Below are positions 28,874 to 39,051 of a DNA stretch of 64,000 bases, in pieces. Position 1 is the stretch's first letter, and the number at the start of each line of letters is the position of its first letter. The notes under the pieces are model-generated. The model was not told the DNA's origin. It saw only the letters and a list, made by a program, of their open reading frames with translations, and did not search any database. The stretch lies in the NCBI GenBank assembly GCA_026418625.1, contig JAOABA010000030.1:8764-72763 (forward strand). The letters are read 5' to 3'. The stretch comes from Candidatus Kapaibacterium sp. (GTDB taxonomy: Bacteria > Bacteroidota > Ignavibacteria > Kapaibacteriales > UBA2268). The position numbers and the translations under genes were made by a program.

Positions 28874-31012
28874 TTATTTAACTTTAATATCAGTTCCAAG
28901 TCTTTGTAAGTAAGCTATCAAAGCTATAATTTCAGTATCAGGGTTAGCATCGAATCCAGCAGATTTCAAATCATTGGAAATGAAATCAGCCTGAGCTTTT
29001 AAGTCTTGCAATGCCCTGTTTTCATAATTTTTGGGATAGGGAACCCCAAGAATTTTCATAACCTCAATTTTCTTTGATAAGAGCGAAACATCATACTTAT
29101 CTGAGTATAACCAAGGATATTTGGGCATAATAGAACCCGGAGAAACACTTTCAGGTTCTTTCATATGGTTGAAGTGCCATCCATTTGGATATTTCCCTCC
29201 AACACGATGGAGATCAGGTCCTGTTCTTTTCGATCCCCATTGGAATGGATGATCATAAACATATTCACCCGATTTTGAATATTCACCATATCTTTCCGTT
29301 TCGTGTCTAAATGGTCTTATTAATTGTGAGTGACAGGTGTAACATCCTTCCCGAACATAAATATCTCTGCCTAATAATTCAAGAGGTGAATATGGTTGCA
29401 CACTTGTTATTGTCGGAACATTAGATTTAATGACAATCATCGGAATAATTTCAACAGCTCCGCCAATTACAACCACAATTATTGTTGCAATGAGGAATGG
29501 GACTGGTTTTCTCTCGAGCCAACGATGACGTTTTTCACCTTTTGCATTATATTGAGGTGTAAGTGGTGGTGCTTCAGCAGGTTCATTTTTCAGGAATTTA
29601 CCTTGAGTCATTGTTCTTATTATGTTATAGAAAAATAAAATTATACCTGTTAAATACAACAAACCTCCAATTGACCTGAGAATATACATCGGAACAATTT
29701 TGGTTACAGTCTCAAGGAAGTTAGGATACTGCATAGCGCCTTCAGGTGTGAATTGCTGCCACATAAGACCTTGAGTTATTCCAGCCCAGTATAGAGGAAC
29801 TGCATATACAAGAATGCCAATAAAACCAATCCAAAAATGAGCATTAGCCAACTTTTTAGAGAATAATTCTGTCCGGAATATTCTTGGAATGAGCCAATAA
29901 AAAATTCCGAATGTTAAGAATCCATTCCAACCCAAAGCACCTACGTGAGCGTGAGTAATTGTCCAATCGGTAAAATGAGAGAGAGCATTGACTGATTTTA
30001 TTGAAAGTATTGGACCTTCAAGAGTTGACATTCCATAAGCCGTAACGGCAACAACCATAAATTTAAGTATTGGATCTTCGCGGACTTTATCCCAAGCTCC
30101 TCTCAGTGTCAGTAAACCATTAAGCATACCACCCCAAGAAGGAGCTATGAGCATAACTGAGAATACTGTTCCAAGCGATTGAGCCCAATCAGGCAAAGCT
30201 GAATATAATAAATGGTGAGGTCCAGCCCAAATATATAAAAAGACTAAAGCCCAAAAATGTATTATTGATAGACGATAAGAATAAACAGGTCTATCGGCAG
30301 CTTTAGGCATATAGTAATACATTAAACCGAGATAGGGTGTAGTCAAAAAGAAAGCGACTGCATTGTGTCCATACCACCACTGAACTAAAGCGTCCTGAAC
30401 ACCGGCATAGACTGAATAACTCTTAAATAATGAAACAGGTATTGCTAGAGAATTAAAAACGTGCAGCACAGTTACAGCGACCCAAGAGGCAATGTAAAAC
30501 CAAATAGCTACATACATATGTCTTTCACGTCTTTTGAAAATAGTAGCGAACATATTGATACCAAAGACAATCCAGACAATTGCAACTGCGATATCGAGAG
30601 GCCATTCTAACTCAGCATATTCTTTACTTGAGGTAATTCCCAGTGGGTAAGTGATAGCAGCACCAAGTATAATTAATTGCCAGCCCCAGAAATGTATATT
30701 GCTAAGCAAATCACTGAACATTCTTGTTTTGCAAAGCCTTTGAAGCGAATGATAAACTCCAGCAAATATACAGTTACCCACAAATGCAAATATCACTGCA
30801 TTTGTATGTAATGGTCTCAATCTTCCAAAAGATAGAAATGGCAAGCTTAGGCTCAAATCAGGATAATATAATTCAATTGCGATTATTAAGCCGACAAGCA
30901 TTCCAATTATCCCGAAAATTACAGTTGCAAAAAAGAATTTCAGGACTATCGCATTATCATATTCAAATTTGTCAAGTTGTGGATTTTCGTATTTAGTATT
31001 TTCTGGTTCCAT
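28874..31012 (-). CDS. ccoN: Fused cbb3 cytochrome c oxidase subunits I/II (CcoNO)
   Basis: FGRLRPLHTNAVIF, QWWYGHNAV, WAGPHHL, then GRDIYVREGCYTCHSQ and WGSKRTGPDL. Confidence 0.97.
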   Translation of the reverse strand: MEPENTKYENPQLDKFEYDNAIVLKFFFATVIFGIIGMLVGLIIAIELYYPDLSLSLPFLSFGRLRPLHTNAVIFAFVGNCIFAGVYHSLQRLCKTRMFSDLLSNIHFWGWQLIILGAAITYPLGITSSKEYAELEWPLDIAVAIVWIVFGINMFATIFKRRERHMYVAIWFYIASWVAVTVLHVFNSLAIPVSLFKSYSVYAGVQDALVQWWYGHNAVAFFLTTPYLGLMYYYMPKAADRPVYSYRLSIIHFWALVFLYIWAGPHHLLYSALPDWAQSLGTVFSVMLIAPSWGGMLNGLLTLRGAWDKVREDPILKFMVVAVTAYGMSTLEGPILSIKSVNALSHFTDWTITHAHVGALGWNGFLTFGIFYWLIPRIFRTELFSKKLANAHFWIGFIGILVYAVPLYWAGITQGLMWQQFTPEGAMQYPNFLETVTKIVPMYILRSIGGLLYLTGIILFFYNIIRTMTQGKFLKNEPAEAPPLTPQYNAKGEKRHRWLERKPVPFLIATIIVVVIGGAVEIIPMIVIKSNVPTITSVQPYSPLELLGRDIYVREGCYTCHSQLIRPFRHETERYGEYSKSGEYVYDHPFQWGSKRTGPDLHRVGGKYPNGWHFNHMKEPESVSPGSIMPKYPWLYSDKYDVSLLSKKIEVMKILGVPYPKNYENRALQDLKAQADFISNDLKSAGFDANPDTEIIALIAYLQRLGTDIKVK

Positions 31013-31015
31013 ACT

Positions 31016-31180
31016 CTATTCCTGTTCATTATTTGATGTAAAATTATTGTCTTGTAGTATTCTAATTGAGGGTGTATAAGTGTCTTCGAATTGATCTGTT
31101 TTCACAGCCCAAACAAAGGAAGCAACAAATATTATAGCAATAATTAAACTTGCTATCATTAATATCACAATTACAAACAT
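31016..31180 (-). CDS. ccoS: cbb3 oxidase maturation protein CcoS (absent from ORF track; read manually)
   Basis: MFVIVILMIASLIIAIIFVASFVWAVKTDQFEDTYTPSIRILQD.., 54 aa; W...QF.D...P..RIL signature. Confidence 0.9.
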   Translation of the reverse strand: MFVIVILMIASLIIAIIFVASFVWAVKTDQFEDTYTPSIRILQDNNFTSNNEQE

Positions 31181-31246
31181 TTCAGATAATCAATTTAAAA
31201 ATCGGAAACTAATACCTTTTAAAATTAAAATAAAAATTTCAAATTA

Positions 31247-33745
31247 TCATATCAATTTTAATTTTTTTCCTGAAAAATTAACACTTAAAACAGTAAATAA
31301 AACGACACTAACTGAGCTAATAGGCATTAAAATTGCAGCAATTACAGGTGTTAACAAACCAACTACTGCAAAACTGATACCAATTGTGTTGTAAATAGCC
31401 GAAATTAAAAAACTGATATAGACAATTAACATTGATTTTTTTGCCAATTTCAAAAATGTCGGAATTTTACTAATCATTTCGCCTGAAATAATTGCATCGG
31501 AACCGGGAGTGAAATTTGTTGTATTTTCAGCAACTGCAATTCCAAGATAAGCTGCTTTCAACGCACCAGCATCATTTAGTCCGTCGCCTATCATTATGTT
31601 TGGTATGCCTTTTTGATTTAAATTATTTATAAAATTGACTTTATCTTCTGGAAGTTGATTATAATAAACTTCAATACCGTTAGGAATATACTGTTTAATA
31701 ATACTATCCGAAGTTTTTTTATCACCGGTTATTATTAAAATTTTATAATTCTTTTTTAGTTCTTCAAGTGTTGGTTTTAAATTTTCTCTAAATTCGGGTA
31801 TAATTTGAAAATAACCAATCAAATCATTATTAATAGATACAAAAACCGTTGATTCATAATTACCATTAAATTCCCCATTTTTTTCCGGCTCTGTAAAATT
31901 CGGTAATGAAACATTATCATAAATTTTATTAATGGAAGAACTACTCACTTCTGAAGCATAAATTTTTTCAAAGTTAGCGATGTTAGTTCGAACCCAATCC
32001 AATTTTCCAATTCTTATTTCATTTCCTTCGACTTTAGCATAAATTCCCTTGCCGGGTATTTCATCATATAGAGTAATATCAAAAGTTTCGCTGTCATTAA
32101 GGAAATTATTTATTGCTGAGCTTAGTGGATGAACTGAGTTTTGGACTGCTGTTTTTATTAATTTTTTAGAGAATGAATCAAGTTTTTTACCAATGAAACT
32201 AATCTTATTGTCAGACATTTTGGTCAAAGTGCCTGTTTTATCAAAAACTATAGTATTTGGTTTGGTTAGATATTCGACGATATAGGAATTTTTGAGAAAG
32301 AAGCTGTTTTTTGCAAAAATTCTCATTGCAGTTCCATAAGTAAAAGGAGTTGTCAGTGCAATAGCACAGGGACAAGCAACCAGCAGAACCGCAGTGAGAG
32401 CATTGAACGCAGTTCCAATATCCTTTGGCAACCACAGGAAAAAAGAAGCTAATGCTATCAAAATGATGATTACAGTAAAATATTTAGCGATTGTATCGGT
32501 TGCTTTTGATATATAACTATCTCTTGATTTTATTTCAGAATAGTCATTCCAAAGGTTAGTCAAATAGCTTTGGTTGAAATCTTTAATTGCTTCAATGATG
32601 ATATTCTGTCCAATTACTTTTCCTCCTGAGTAGATTTTTTGACCTTTTAATATCTCAACAGGATTGGACTCACCGGTAACAAAACTATAATCAATTAAAG
32701 CTAAATCACTTTTTAATGTTGAATCAACCGGTATTATCTCATTATTTCTAATCTTAAGTGTATCTCCAGTTTTAATCTTACTAAGAGGTATAAAAATTTG
32801 CTCATCACCTTCTATTCTAATAGTTGATAATGGTAGAAAAGATTTGTAATCTCTTTCGAATGATATGGTGTGGAATGTCTTCTGCTGAAAAACTTTTCCT
32901 ATTAAAAGAAAAAAAACCAAACCAGCCATAGAATCAATATATCCGGGTCCTTCATTTGTCGCAATTTCAAAGACACTTCTTAAAAAAAGCACTAAAATTC
33001 CTAAACTTATTGGGATATCAATATTAATATTTTTAAGTTTTAGAGATCTAAATGCTGATTTAAAATAATCACTTGCTGAGTATAATACTGCTAGTGATAA
33101 AATGATATTGAGAATACCAATTGCTATCGAAATATTTTTATCAAGTTGATTCCCTGAAAAATAAGCAGGGAAAGCCAATAACATCACATTGCCAAAAGCA
33201 AATCCGGCAACTCCTAATTTAATAAGAAGGGCTTTATTAACCGAAAAAGATCTTTTTTTGTCAACATCTGATAGATTTAACTTGGGAGAATAACCTAATT
33301 TATTTAGAAGTTCAACTATTCTACGAACATCTGTGCTTGATTCAGCAAAAACTATACTAAGCTCTTTTTTCGGAAAATTTACTCTTGATTCAACGATGCC
33401 ATTGTCGAAGCGATGTAAATTCTCGAGAAGCCAAATGCAAGCACTACAATAAATTTCGGGTATATAAAAAGTAACTTTTGCTTTTCCGTTAATTGAATAA
33501 TCTAATAAAGCTTCGACAATCTTTTTATCTTCGAGGAATTCGAATTCTTTTTCATCAAATTTTTTAGGTGTTAAGCCTTTACCATCAATTTTGTCGTAAA
33601 AGTCTGACATTCCTTTATTCGAAAGCAGATTATAAACAAAAAGGCAGCCATTACAGCAAAAGTATTTATCATCTTGCTTTATAATTTCAGTTCGACATTC
33701 ATCACCACAGTGATAACAATATATTTTATCTTTACTATTTGTCAT
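31247..33745 (-). CDS. ccoI: Heavy-metal P1B-type ATPase CcoI/FixI
   Basis: CYHCG, CCNGC, C..C HMA, TGES, CPC, FDKTGT, GDGLND. Confidence 0.92.
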   Translation of the reverse strand: MTNSKDKIYCYHCGDECRTEIIKQDDKYFCCNGCLFVYNLLSNKGMSDFYDKIDGKGLTPKKFDEKEFEFLEDKKIVEALLDYSINGKAKVTFYIPEIYCSACIWLLENLHRFDNGIVESRVNFPKKELSIVFAESSTDVRRIVELLNKLGYSPKLNLSDVDKKRSFSVNKALLIKLGVAGFAFGNVMLLAFPAYFSGNQLDKNISIAIGILNIILSLAVLYSASDYFKSAFRSLKLKNINIDIPISLGILVLFLRSVFEIATNEGPGYIDSMAGLVFFLLIGKVFQQKTFHTISFERDYKSFLPLSTIRIEGDEQIFIPLSKIKTGDTLKIRNNEIIPVDSTLKSDLALIDYSFVTGESNPVEILKGQKIYSGGKVIGQNIIIEAIKDFNQSYLTNLWNDYSEIKSRDSYISKATDTIAKYFTVIIILIALASFFLWLPKDIGTAFNALTAVLLVACPCAIALTTPFTYGTAMRIFAKNSFFLKNSYIVEYLTKPNTIVFDKTGTLTKMSDNKISFIGKKLDSFSKKLIKTAVQNSVHPLSSAINNFLNDSETFDITLYDEIPGKGIYAKVEGNEIRIGKLDWVRTNIANFEKIYASEVSSSSINKIYDNVSLPNFTEPEKNGEFNGNYESTVFVSINNDLIGYFQIIPEFRENLKPTLEELKKNYKILIITGDKKTSDSIIKQYIPNGIEVYYNQLPEDKVNFINNLNQKGIPNIMIGDGLNDAGALKAAYLGIAVAENTTNFTPGSDAIISGEMISKIPTFLKLAKKSMLIVYISFLISAIYNTIGISFAVVGLLTPVIAAILMPISSVSVVLFTVLSVNFSGKKLKLI

Positions 33746-34813
33746 TTAAGTTAAAACATTTGTGTTTTTTAAAATTTCTAAAGCATTTTCGAAAACAAAA
33801 TCTGGCTTTAAATCTTTCATACAAGAATGAGACTTGATTGGACATTCCTTCCCACCGTGAATTGAACAAGGCTTACATTTAAGGTTTTCAAGTTCAATAG
33901 ATTTATCGAATTTTCCTCTTGGATAAAATCCAAAAATAGGTGAGGTGGGACCGTAAATAGTTAATGTTGGACAATTAACCAAACCCGCTAAATGAGTAGG
34001 AGCACTGTCATTTGTAACAAGTAATTTGGTTTTTGATAGCAAATGAATTACCTGTGGTATTGTTAATTCACCGGCAAGATTAATTCCACCAGAATTATCA
34101 GATATTCTTTTGCATAAGTCATAATCTTCTTGACTACCCAAAAGAATAGATTTGAAGTTTCTTTGATTTAACTTTTTTATTAATTCAATGAAATGTTCTT
34201 CGAGCCATCTTTTAGTGTTCCAAACTGATCCCGGAGCTATAGCAATTATATAATCATTTGAATTAATATCAAAAAAATTTAACTTATTTTCGATGAATGT
34301 TTTATCTGCTGGATGGATATCCAAATCAATTTCGATATTTTGTTGAGGGAATAGATTTTGATCATTAAAAGCCTTTAATAATGAAAGATTTCTATCAATT
34401 TCGTGATAATGTTTATAATACTTTATTCTTTTTGAATAAATAATTGACAAAGCATTTCGATTAAAACCAACTGAGAAAATCGGTTTTGAAAGAAATGTTA
34501 ATAATGTTGTTCTAAATGAGCGATGGGGAGCTATTATGCAATCAATTTTTCTCTCAATTAAAAGATTGCTAATTCTTTTTAAACCATTTAGACCTTTTTG
34601 CAATCCCTTCTTGTCGTAAGTGATAATATTATCAATAGCATTAGAAACAGAAGCAACTGAACTGCCTATTGGTGTTGTGACGAAAGTAATATTAGCAGTT
34701 TTATGATAATTTCTGATTGCCTGTGCCAAATAGAGTGATAATGTAACATCACCCAAGAAAGCTGTCTGGATTATTGCTATATGATTGAAATCAAGAAGAG
34801 AGTATTTATTCAT
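33746..34813 (-). CDS. GT9 LPS heptosyltransferase (WaaF/RfaF-like)
   Basis: IQTAFLGDV, APGSVW.TKRW, VTNDSAP.HLA, C.PCS.HG...CP. Confidence 0.85.
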   Translation of the reverse strand: MNKYSLLDFNHIAIIQTAFLGDVTLSLYLAQAIRNYHKTANITFVTTPIGSSVASVSNAIDNIITYDKKGLQKGLNGLKRISNLLIERKIDCIIAPHRSFRTTLLTFLSKPIFSVGFNRNALSIIYSKRIKYYKHYHEIDRNLSLLKAFNDQNLFPQQNIEIDLDIHPADKTFIENKLNFFDINSNDYIIAIAPGSVWNTKRWLEEHFIELIKKLNQRNFKSILLGSQEDYDLCKRISDNSGGINLAGELTIPQVIHLLSKTKLLVTNDSAPTHLAGLVNCPTLTIYGPTSPIFGFYPRGKFDKSIELENLKCKPCSIHGGKECPIKSHSCMKDLKPDFVFENALEILKNTNVLT

Positions 34814-35207
34814 ATTGATTTTTTTCGATATCTTTCAGCTTTAGTTCTGCGAGAAGGACATTTACTTGCGAGACAAAATGGATGCATTCATCGCGATTTT
34901 TTTTCTCAATGCTAAGTGATAATTCTCTTTGAGCACCACCGGGAAGGTTTTTCGTAGAAGTTAAATTCGAAAAAGTAATTATCAATTTTGTATAGAAAAT
35001 ATTTTTTTTGATTGCGATAGAACTAACATCTTTCAGTGGGATTTTAACAATTTTAACGTCTGATTTTATGACTCCGATAATATTGTCCTTGGTCTGGAAT
35101 TCAAAAATGAGATAATCTTTGTCGGTTTTGATGAGCCCTTCGCTTTCAGCTAAACCGTGATATAAATCTTTTAATTTAAAAGGAACAACTGGTTGATTAA
35201 ATAACAT
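34806..35207 (-). CDS. Hypothetical protein
   Basis: 133-aa ORF overlapping GT9 start. Confidence 0.7.
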   Translation of the reverse strand: MLFNQPVVPFKLKDLYHGLAESEGLIKTDKDYLIFEFQTKDNIIGVIKSDVKIVKIPLKDVSSIAIKKNIFYTKLIITFSNLTSTKNLPGGAQRELSLSIEKKNRDECIHFVSQVNVLLAELKLKDIEKNQYE

Positions 35208-35393
35208 AAATAAAAAAAATTGTTAAACCTTCCAAAAATAATAAAAAAAGAGCATTTGACAATAGTTGTTTCCACAAGCAACAGCTTAATTTATCATTAA
35301 TAAAATTAACCATTTTTTCAAATTAATTTTTTTATCAATAATTGATTTGTATTTTTGGGTTGAATTTATTTCTTTTTTTAAGTAGGAAAATTT

Positions 35394-36938
35394 ATGTCAA
35401 TTTTTCAAAGTTTAGTGGATCTTTTCAAAAGAAAGGAAAAGATTGAAGCCGGTGGTGGCGAAAAAGCAGTCAAAAAGCAAATAGAGATGGGCAAATTAAC
35501 TGCAAGGCAAAGGATTCAATCAATTTTAGATCCCAATTCTTTCTATGAATATGATATGTTTGTTGAGCATAAAGCTGAAGATTTTGGTATGGATAAAAAG
35601 TTTCTTCCCGGCGATGGCGTAATAACAGGAACAGGGACTATTTTTGGTTTTCCAGTTTGCATTTTTGCTCAGGATTTCACAGTTGCCGGTGGGTCGCTTG
35701 GCATAGCACACGCAAGAAAAATTACCAAAATAATGGATCACGCAATGAAGCTTGGAATACCACTTATTGGTATTAATGATTCTGGTGGAGCAAGAATTCA
35801 GGAAGGAGTCAATTCTTTAGCTGGTTACGGTGAGATATTTTTCCGAAATACAAGGGCTTCGGGTGTTATTCCTCAGATTTCTGTCATTCTTGGACCTTGT
35901 GCAGGTGGAGCTGTCTATTCTCCAGCATTGACTGATTTCGTTTTTGTGGTCGATAAGATTTCAAAAATGTTTATTACTGGTCCCGAAGTTATAAAAACAG
36001 TTCTTGGAGAGGAAATCTCTATGGAAGAGCTTGGTGGAGCGAGAGTCCAAGCTGAAATTTCTGGGAATGCTCATTTTTTTGCTGAATCTGAACAAGAATG
36101 CTTCGAGCAAATAAAAAAACTTGTTACCTTTATTCCTTGGAATAATCGAAAAAAAGCTGATGTTTTTCCACCAAAACCCCCTAAACCGGATTTTGATATT
36201 ACGAAAATTATTCCGGCTGAATCTACACAACCCTACGATGTTCGCGATATCATAAGAGCTATTTGCGATGATTCAGACTTTTTCGAAATTCAAGAACATT
36301 TCGCAGCGAATATAGTCATTGGTTTTTGTAGATTTAATGGTGAAACTGTGGGGATTATAGGCAATCAGCCATTAGTTCTTGCTGGTGTTCTTGACGTTGA
36401 CTCATCAGATAAAGCTGCAAGGTTCATTAGATTTTGCGATGCTTTTAATATCCCACTATTAACTTTAGTTGATATTCCCGGATATTTACCTGGTATTGAT
36501 CAGGAACATTCAGGGGTTATCCGTCACGGAGCGAAGGTTTTATATGCTTATAGTGAAGCTACAGTTCCAAAAATTACTGTAATATTAAGAAAAGCTTATG
36601 GTGGTGGATACATAGCAATGTGTTCCAGACATCTTGGTTCAGATTTTGTATTTGCTTGGCCCACAGCCGAAATAGCTGTTATGGGACCCGAAGGAGCTGC
36701 TAATATTATATTCAGGCAGGAAATTGCAGAGGCTCAAAATCCTGATGAAGTAAGGAAGCAAAAAGTTGAGGAATATAAGCAGAAATTTGCTAATCCTTAT
36801 AGAGCAGCCGCAAATGGATATATTGATGCGGTAATAAGCCCCCTTGAAACAAGAGAATTTGTTTTACATTCACTTTTGATAGCAAAAAACAAGAAAGAGG
36901 ATATGCCTTATAAGAAGCACGGTATTCCTCCATTTTAA
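35394..36938 (+). CDS. pccB: Acyl-CoA carboxylase/decarboxylase carboxyltransferase subunit (PccB/MmdA-like)
   Basis: GKLTARQRI, DSGGARIQEG, GPCAGGAVYSPA, RKAYGG, KKHGIPP. Confidence 0.88.
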   Translation: MSIFQSLVDLFKRKEKIEAGGGEKAVKKQIEMGKLTARQRIQSILDPNSFYEYDMFVEHKAEDFGMDKKFLPGDGVITGTGTIFGFPVCIFAQDFTVAGGSLGIAHARKITKIMDHAMKLGIPLIGINDSGGARIQEGVNSLAGYGEIFFRNTRASGVIPQISVILGPCAGGAVYSPALTDFVFVVDKISKMFITGPEVIKTVLGEEISMEELGGARVQAEISGNAHFFAESEQECFEQIKKLVTFIPWNNRKKADVFPPKPPKPDFDITKIIPAESTQPYDVRDIIRAICDDSDFFEIQEHFAANIVIGFCRFNGETVGIIGNQPLVLAGVLDVDSSDKAARFIRFCDAFNIPLLTLVDIPGYLPGIDQEHSGVIRHGAKVLYAYSEATVPKITVILRKAYGGGYIAMCSRHLGSDFVFAWPTAEIAVMGPEGAANIIFRQEIAEAQNPDEVRKQKVEEYKQKFANPYRAAANGYIDAVISPLETREFVLHSLLIAKNKKEDMPYKKHGIPPF

Positions 36939-36954
36939 TGGATAAGAGGTAAAT

Positions 36955-37275
36955 ATGAATGATATAAATAATTTAAATGAATTTATTATTGATGATACTG
37001 TCTATAAAACTAGAATAAATAAAAAATATTCACTAAAAAAACAGTATAAGCCTAAAGATAATTCAATAATTAGTGCTTTTATTCCCGGAACAATCCGAAA
37101 GATTTATGTTTCTGAAGGGCAAAAAGTGAATAGAGGTGATAAATTATTGGTTTTGGAAGCAATGAAAATGAAAAATGATATAGTTTCACCTATTAATGCT
37201 AAAGTAAAATCTATTAATGTAAAAGTTGATGAAGTTGTAACTAAAAATCAACTTCTCATAGAATTAGAAACCTAA
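36955..37275 (+). CDS. Biotin carboxyl carrier protein
   Basis: LEAMKMKN biotinylation motif. Confidence 0.9.
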   Translation: MNDINNLNEFIIDDTVYKTRINKKYSLKKQYKPKDNSIISAFIPGTIRKIYVSEGQKVNRGDKLLVLEAMKMKNDIVSPINAKVKSINVKVDEVVTKNQLLIELET

Positions 37276-37284
37276 AATTTTTAG

Positions 37285-37977
37285 ATGGCAGAAATTTCTT
37301 TATATCAGCGACTTAATAAGAAAGGATTTACACCTAAAAAAGTTGCCGAAGTGGGAGTTTATTATCCTGATACTTCTCAGGTTTATGAATATATTTTGAA
37401 TGGCACTTCTACAATTCTTGTCGAAGCAGATCCTGATATTGCAGAAATAATTCGAAATTATTTTAGTGATCGAACTAATCTTATTCTTTACGAAAATGCA
37501 CTTTATGATTATGAAGGAGAAATTGAGTTAGTTAGAAGTGGTGCCTCTTCATTTGTCTCAGATTTAGAATCATCACCAGCAAAAATTAATGATAATATCA
37601 CAATGGATGATTTAAATCAAGTTAAAGTAAAATCACTAACTTTTGATAAAATTGATGAAGGGGATATTGATTTAATTGCTATTGATATTGAAGGCTGTGA
37701 GTGGTATGTATTAAAGTATATGAAAAGCAGACCTACTGTCATTTCAATTGAAACTCACGGGGGCTTATACAAAAATCCATTCTCAGAAAATATCAAGAAT
37801 TGGATGAATGAGAATGATTATATTTTATGGTATAAAACACAGAGTGATTCTGTCTTTGTAAAACGAGATAAAATTAAGATTGATTTGTTGGATAGAGTGA
37901 AGCTAATCATAAGAAACATTTTTCTTAATCTAAACAAGATTAAAAAGAGAATAACAAGAAAAATAAAGGGGCTTTAA
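37285..37977 (+). CDS. FkbM-family methyltransferase
   Basis: EVGV, LVEA.P, IDL..IDIEG.E. Confidence 0.78.
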   Translation: MAEISLYQRLNKKGFTPKKVAEVGVYYPDTSQVYEYILNGTSTILVEADPDIAEIIRNYFSDRTNLILYENALYDYEGEIELVRSGASSFVSDLESSPAKINDNITMDDLNQVKVKSLTFDKIDEGDIDLIAIDIEGCEWYVLKYMKSRPTVISIETHGGLYKNPFSENIKNWMNENDYILWYKTQSDSVFVKRDKIKIDLLDRVKLIIRNIFLNLNKIKKRITRKIKGL

Positions 37978-37990
37978 ATTAGCCCCTTTT
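37965..37990. terminator. Bidirectional terminator between convergent FkbM gene and sodB
   Basis: aaaggggct-7nt-agccccttt with A/T runs either side. Confidence 0.75.
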
Positions 37991-37995
37991 GCAGT

Positions 37996-38571
37996 TTATA
38001 AATTTTTAAGAACGTGGTCCCAATTGACAATTTCCCAAAACATTTCAATAAATTTCGGACGAGCATTTCTATAATCTATATAATAAGCGTGTTCCCAAAC
38101 ATCCAAAGTTAATATTGGCTTCTTGTCTGTTGTTAATGGAGTCCCTGCGTTGCTTGTTTGGACTATTTCAAGACTACCGTCGTTATTTTTAACAAGCCAA
38201 GCCCACCCTGAACCAAAAAGAGTGGCAGCAGCTTTTGAAAAATCATCTTTGAATTTCTCGAAAGAACCAAAGTTTTTTGTCAGTTCCTCCATTACTTTAC
38301 CAGTTGGTGTTCCACCGCTGTTTGGAGATAAACAGTGCCAAAAGAAGGTATGGTTCCAGGTTTGAGCGGCATTATTGAAAACACCACCTTGAGATTTTTT
38401 TATTATTTCTTCTAATGTCATATTCTCAAATTCAGTTCCGGCTATCAGATTATTCAAATTGTTTACATAGGCAGCATGGTGTTTGCCATGATGATAATCA
38501 AAAGTTTCTTCTGATATATGTGGCTTAAGTGAATCCTTTGGAAAAGGAAGTTCAGGAAGTTCAAATTTCAT
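37996..38571 (-). CDS. sodB: Superoxide dismutase, probably Fe-type
   Basis: [33 protein letters not shown]; ATG 38571 with GGAGG SD. Confidence 0.93.
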   Translation of the reverse strand: MKFELPELPFPKDSLKPHISEETFDYHHGKHHAAYVNNLNNLIAGTEFENMTLEEIIKKSQGGVFNNAAQTWNHTFFWHCLSPNSGGTPTGKVMEELTKNFGSFEKFKDDFSKAAATLFGSGWAWLVKNNDGSLEIVQTSNAGTPLTTDKKPILTLDVWEHAYYIDYRNARPKFIEMFWEIVNWDHVLKNL

Positions 38572-38623
38572 ATTATAACCCTCCAATGGTGAAAAAAGTA
38601 AATTAATTTTCTAATATATAGAT

Positions 38624-39016
38624 TTAACCATTGCAACCACAGGTTGGCATATTGTTAGGATTATTAAAAATAAATCCACTGCCGTGTGGTCCTTCTGTGT
38701 AATCGAGAGTAACACCCATCAGATAAAAAAGACTTTTAGCATCAATAACTAATTTTAGGTTTCCAGCATTATAGACTCTATCCATATCATCAATTTCCGA
38801 GTCGAAACCTAAATTATATGACATTCCTGAGCAACCCCCACCTCTTGTTGCAATTCTCAGGAAAAAGTTTTCTGGAACATTATTTTCACTTCTTATGGCA
38901 TTGATAACCTCAATGGCTTTATGGGTAATAATGATATCATCTTCTGGTGTTGAGCCCTCTATTTCAGTTGGAATTCTCTCAAAATCCACTTCTATTGTTT
39001 CCAAAATTTCAGACAT
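38624..39016 (-). CDS. A-type Fe-S carrier (HesB/IscA/SufA)
   Basis: GGCSGMSY, LDY, GFIFNNPN..TCGC. Confidence 0.9.
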   Translation of the reverse strand: MSEILETIEVDFERIPTEIEGSTPEDDIIITHKAIEVINAIRSENNVPENFFLRIATRGGGCSGMSYNLGFDSEIDDMDRVYNAGNLKLVIDAKSLFYLMGVTLDYTEGPHGSGFIFNNPNNMPTCGCNG

Positions 39017-39051
39017 AATTTTAGTATCCTTAAATTAATTAAACAAAAAAA

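Noticed and set aside
28874-31012. CcoN-CcoO fusion and mono-heme CcoP as novelties
   Set aside because: Known arrangement in Bacteroidota-related cbb3 oxidases
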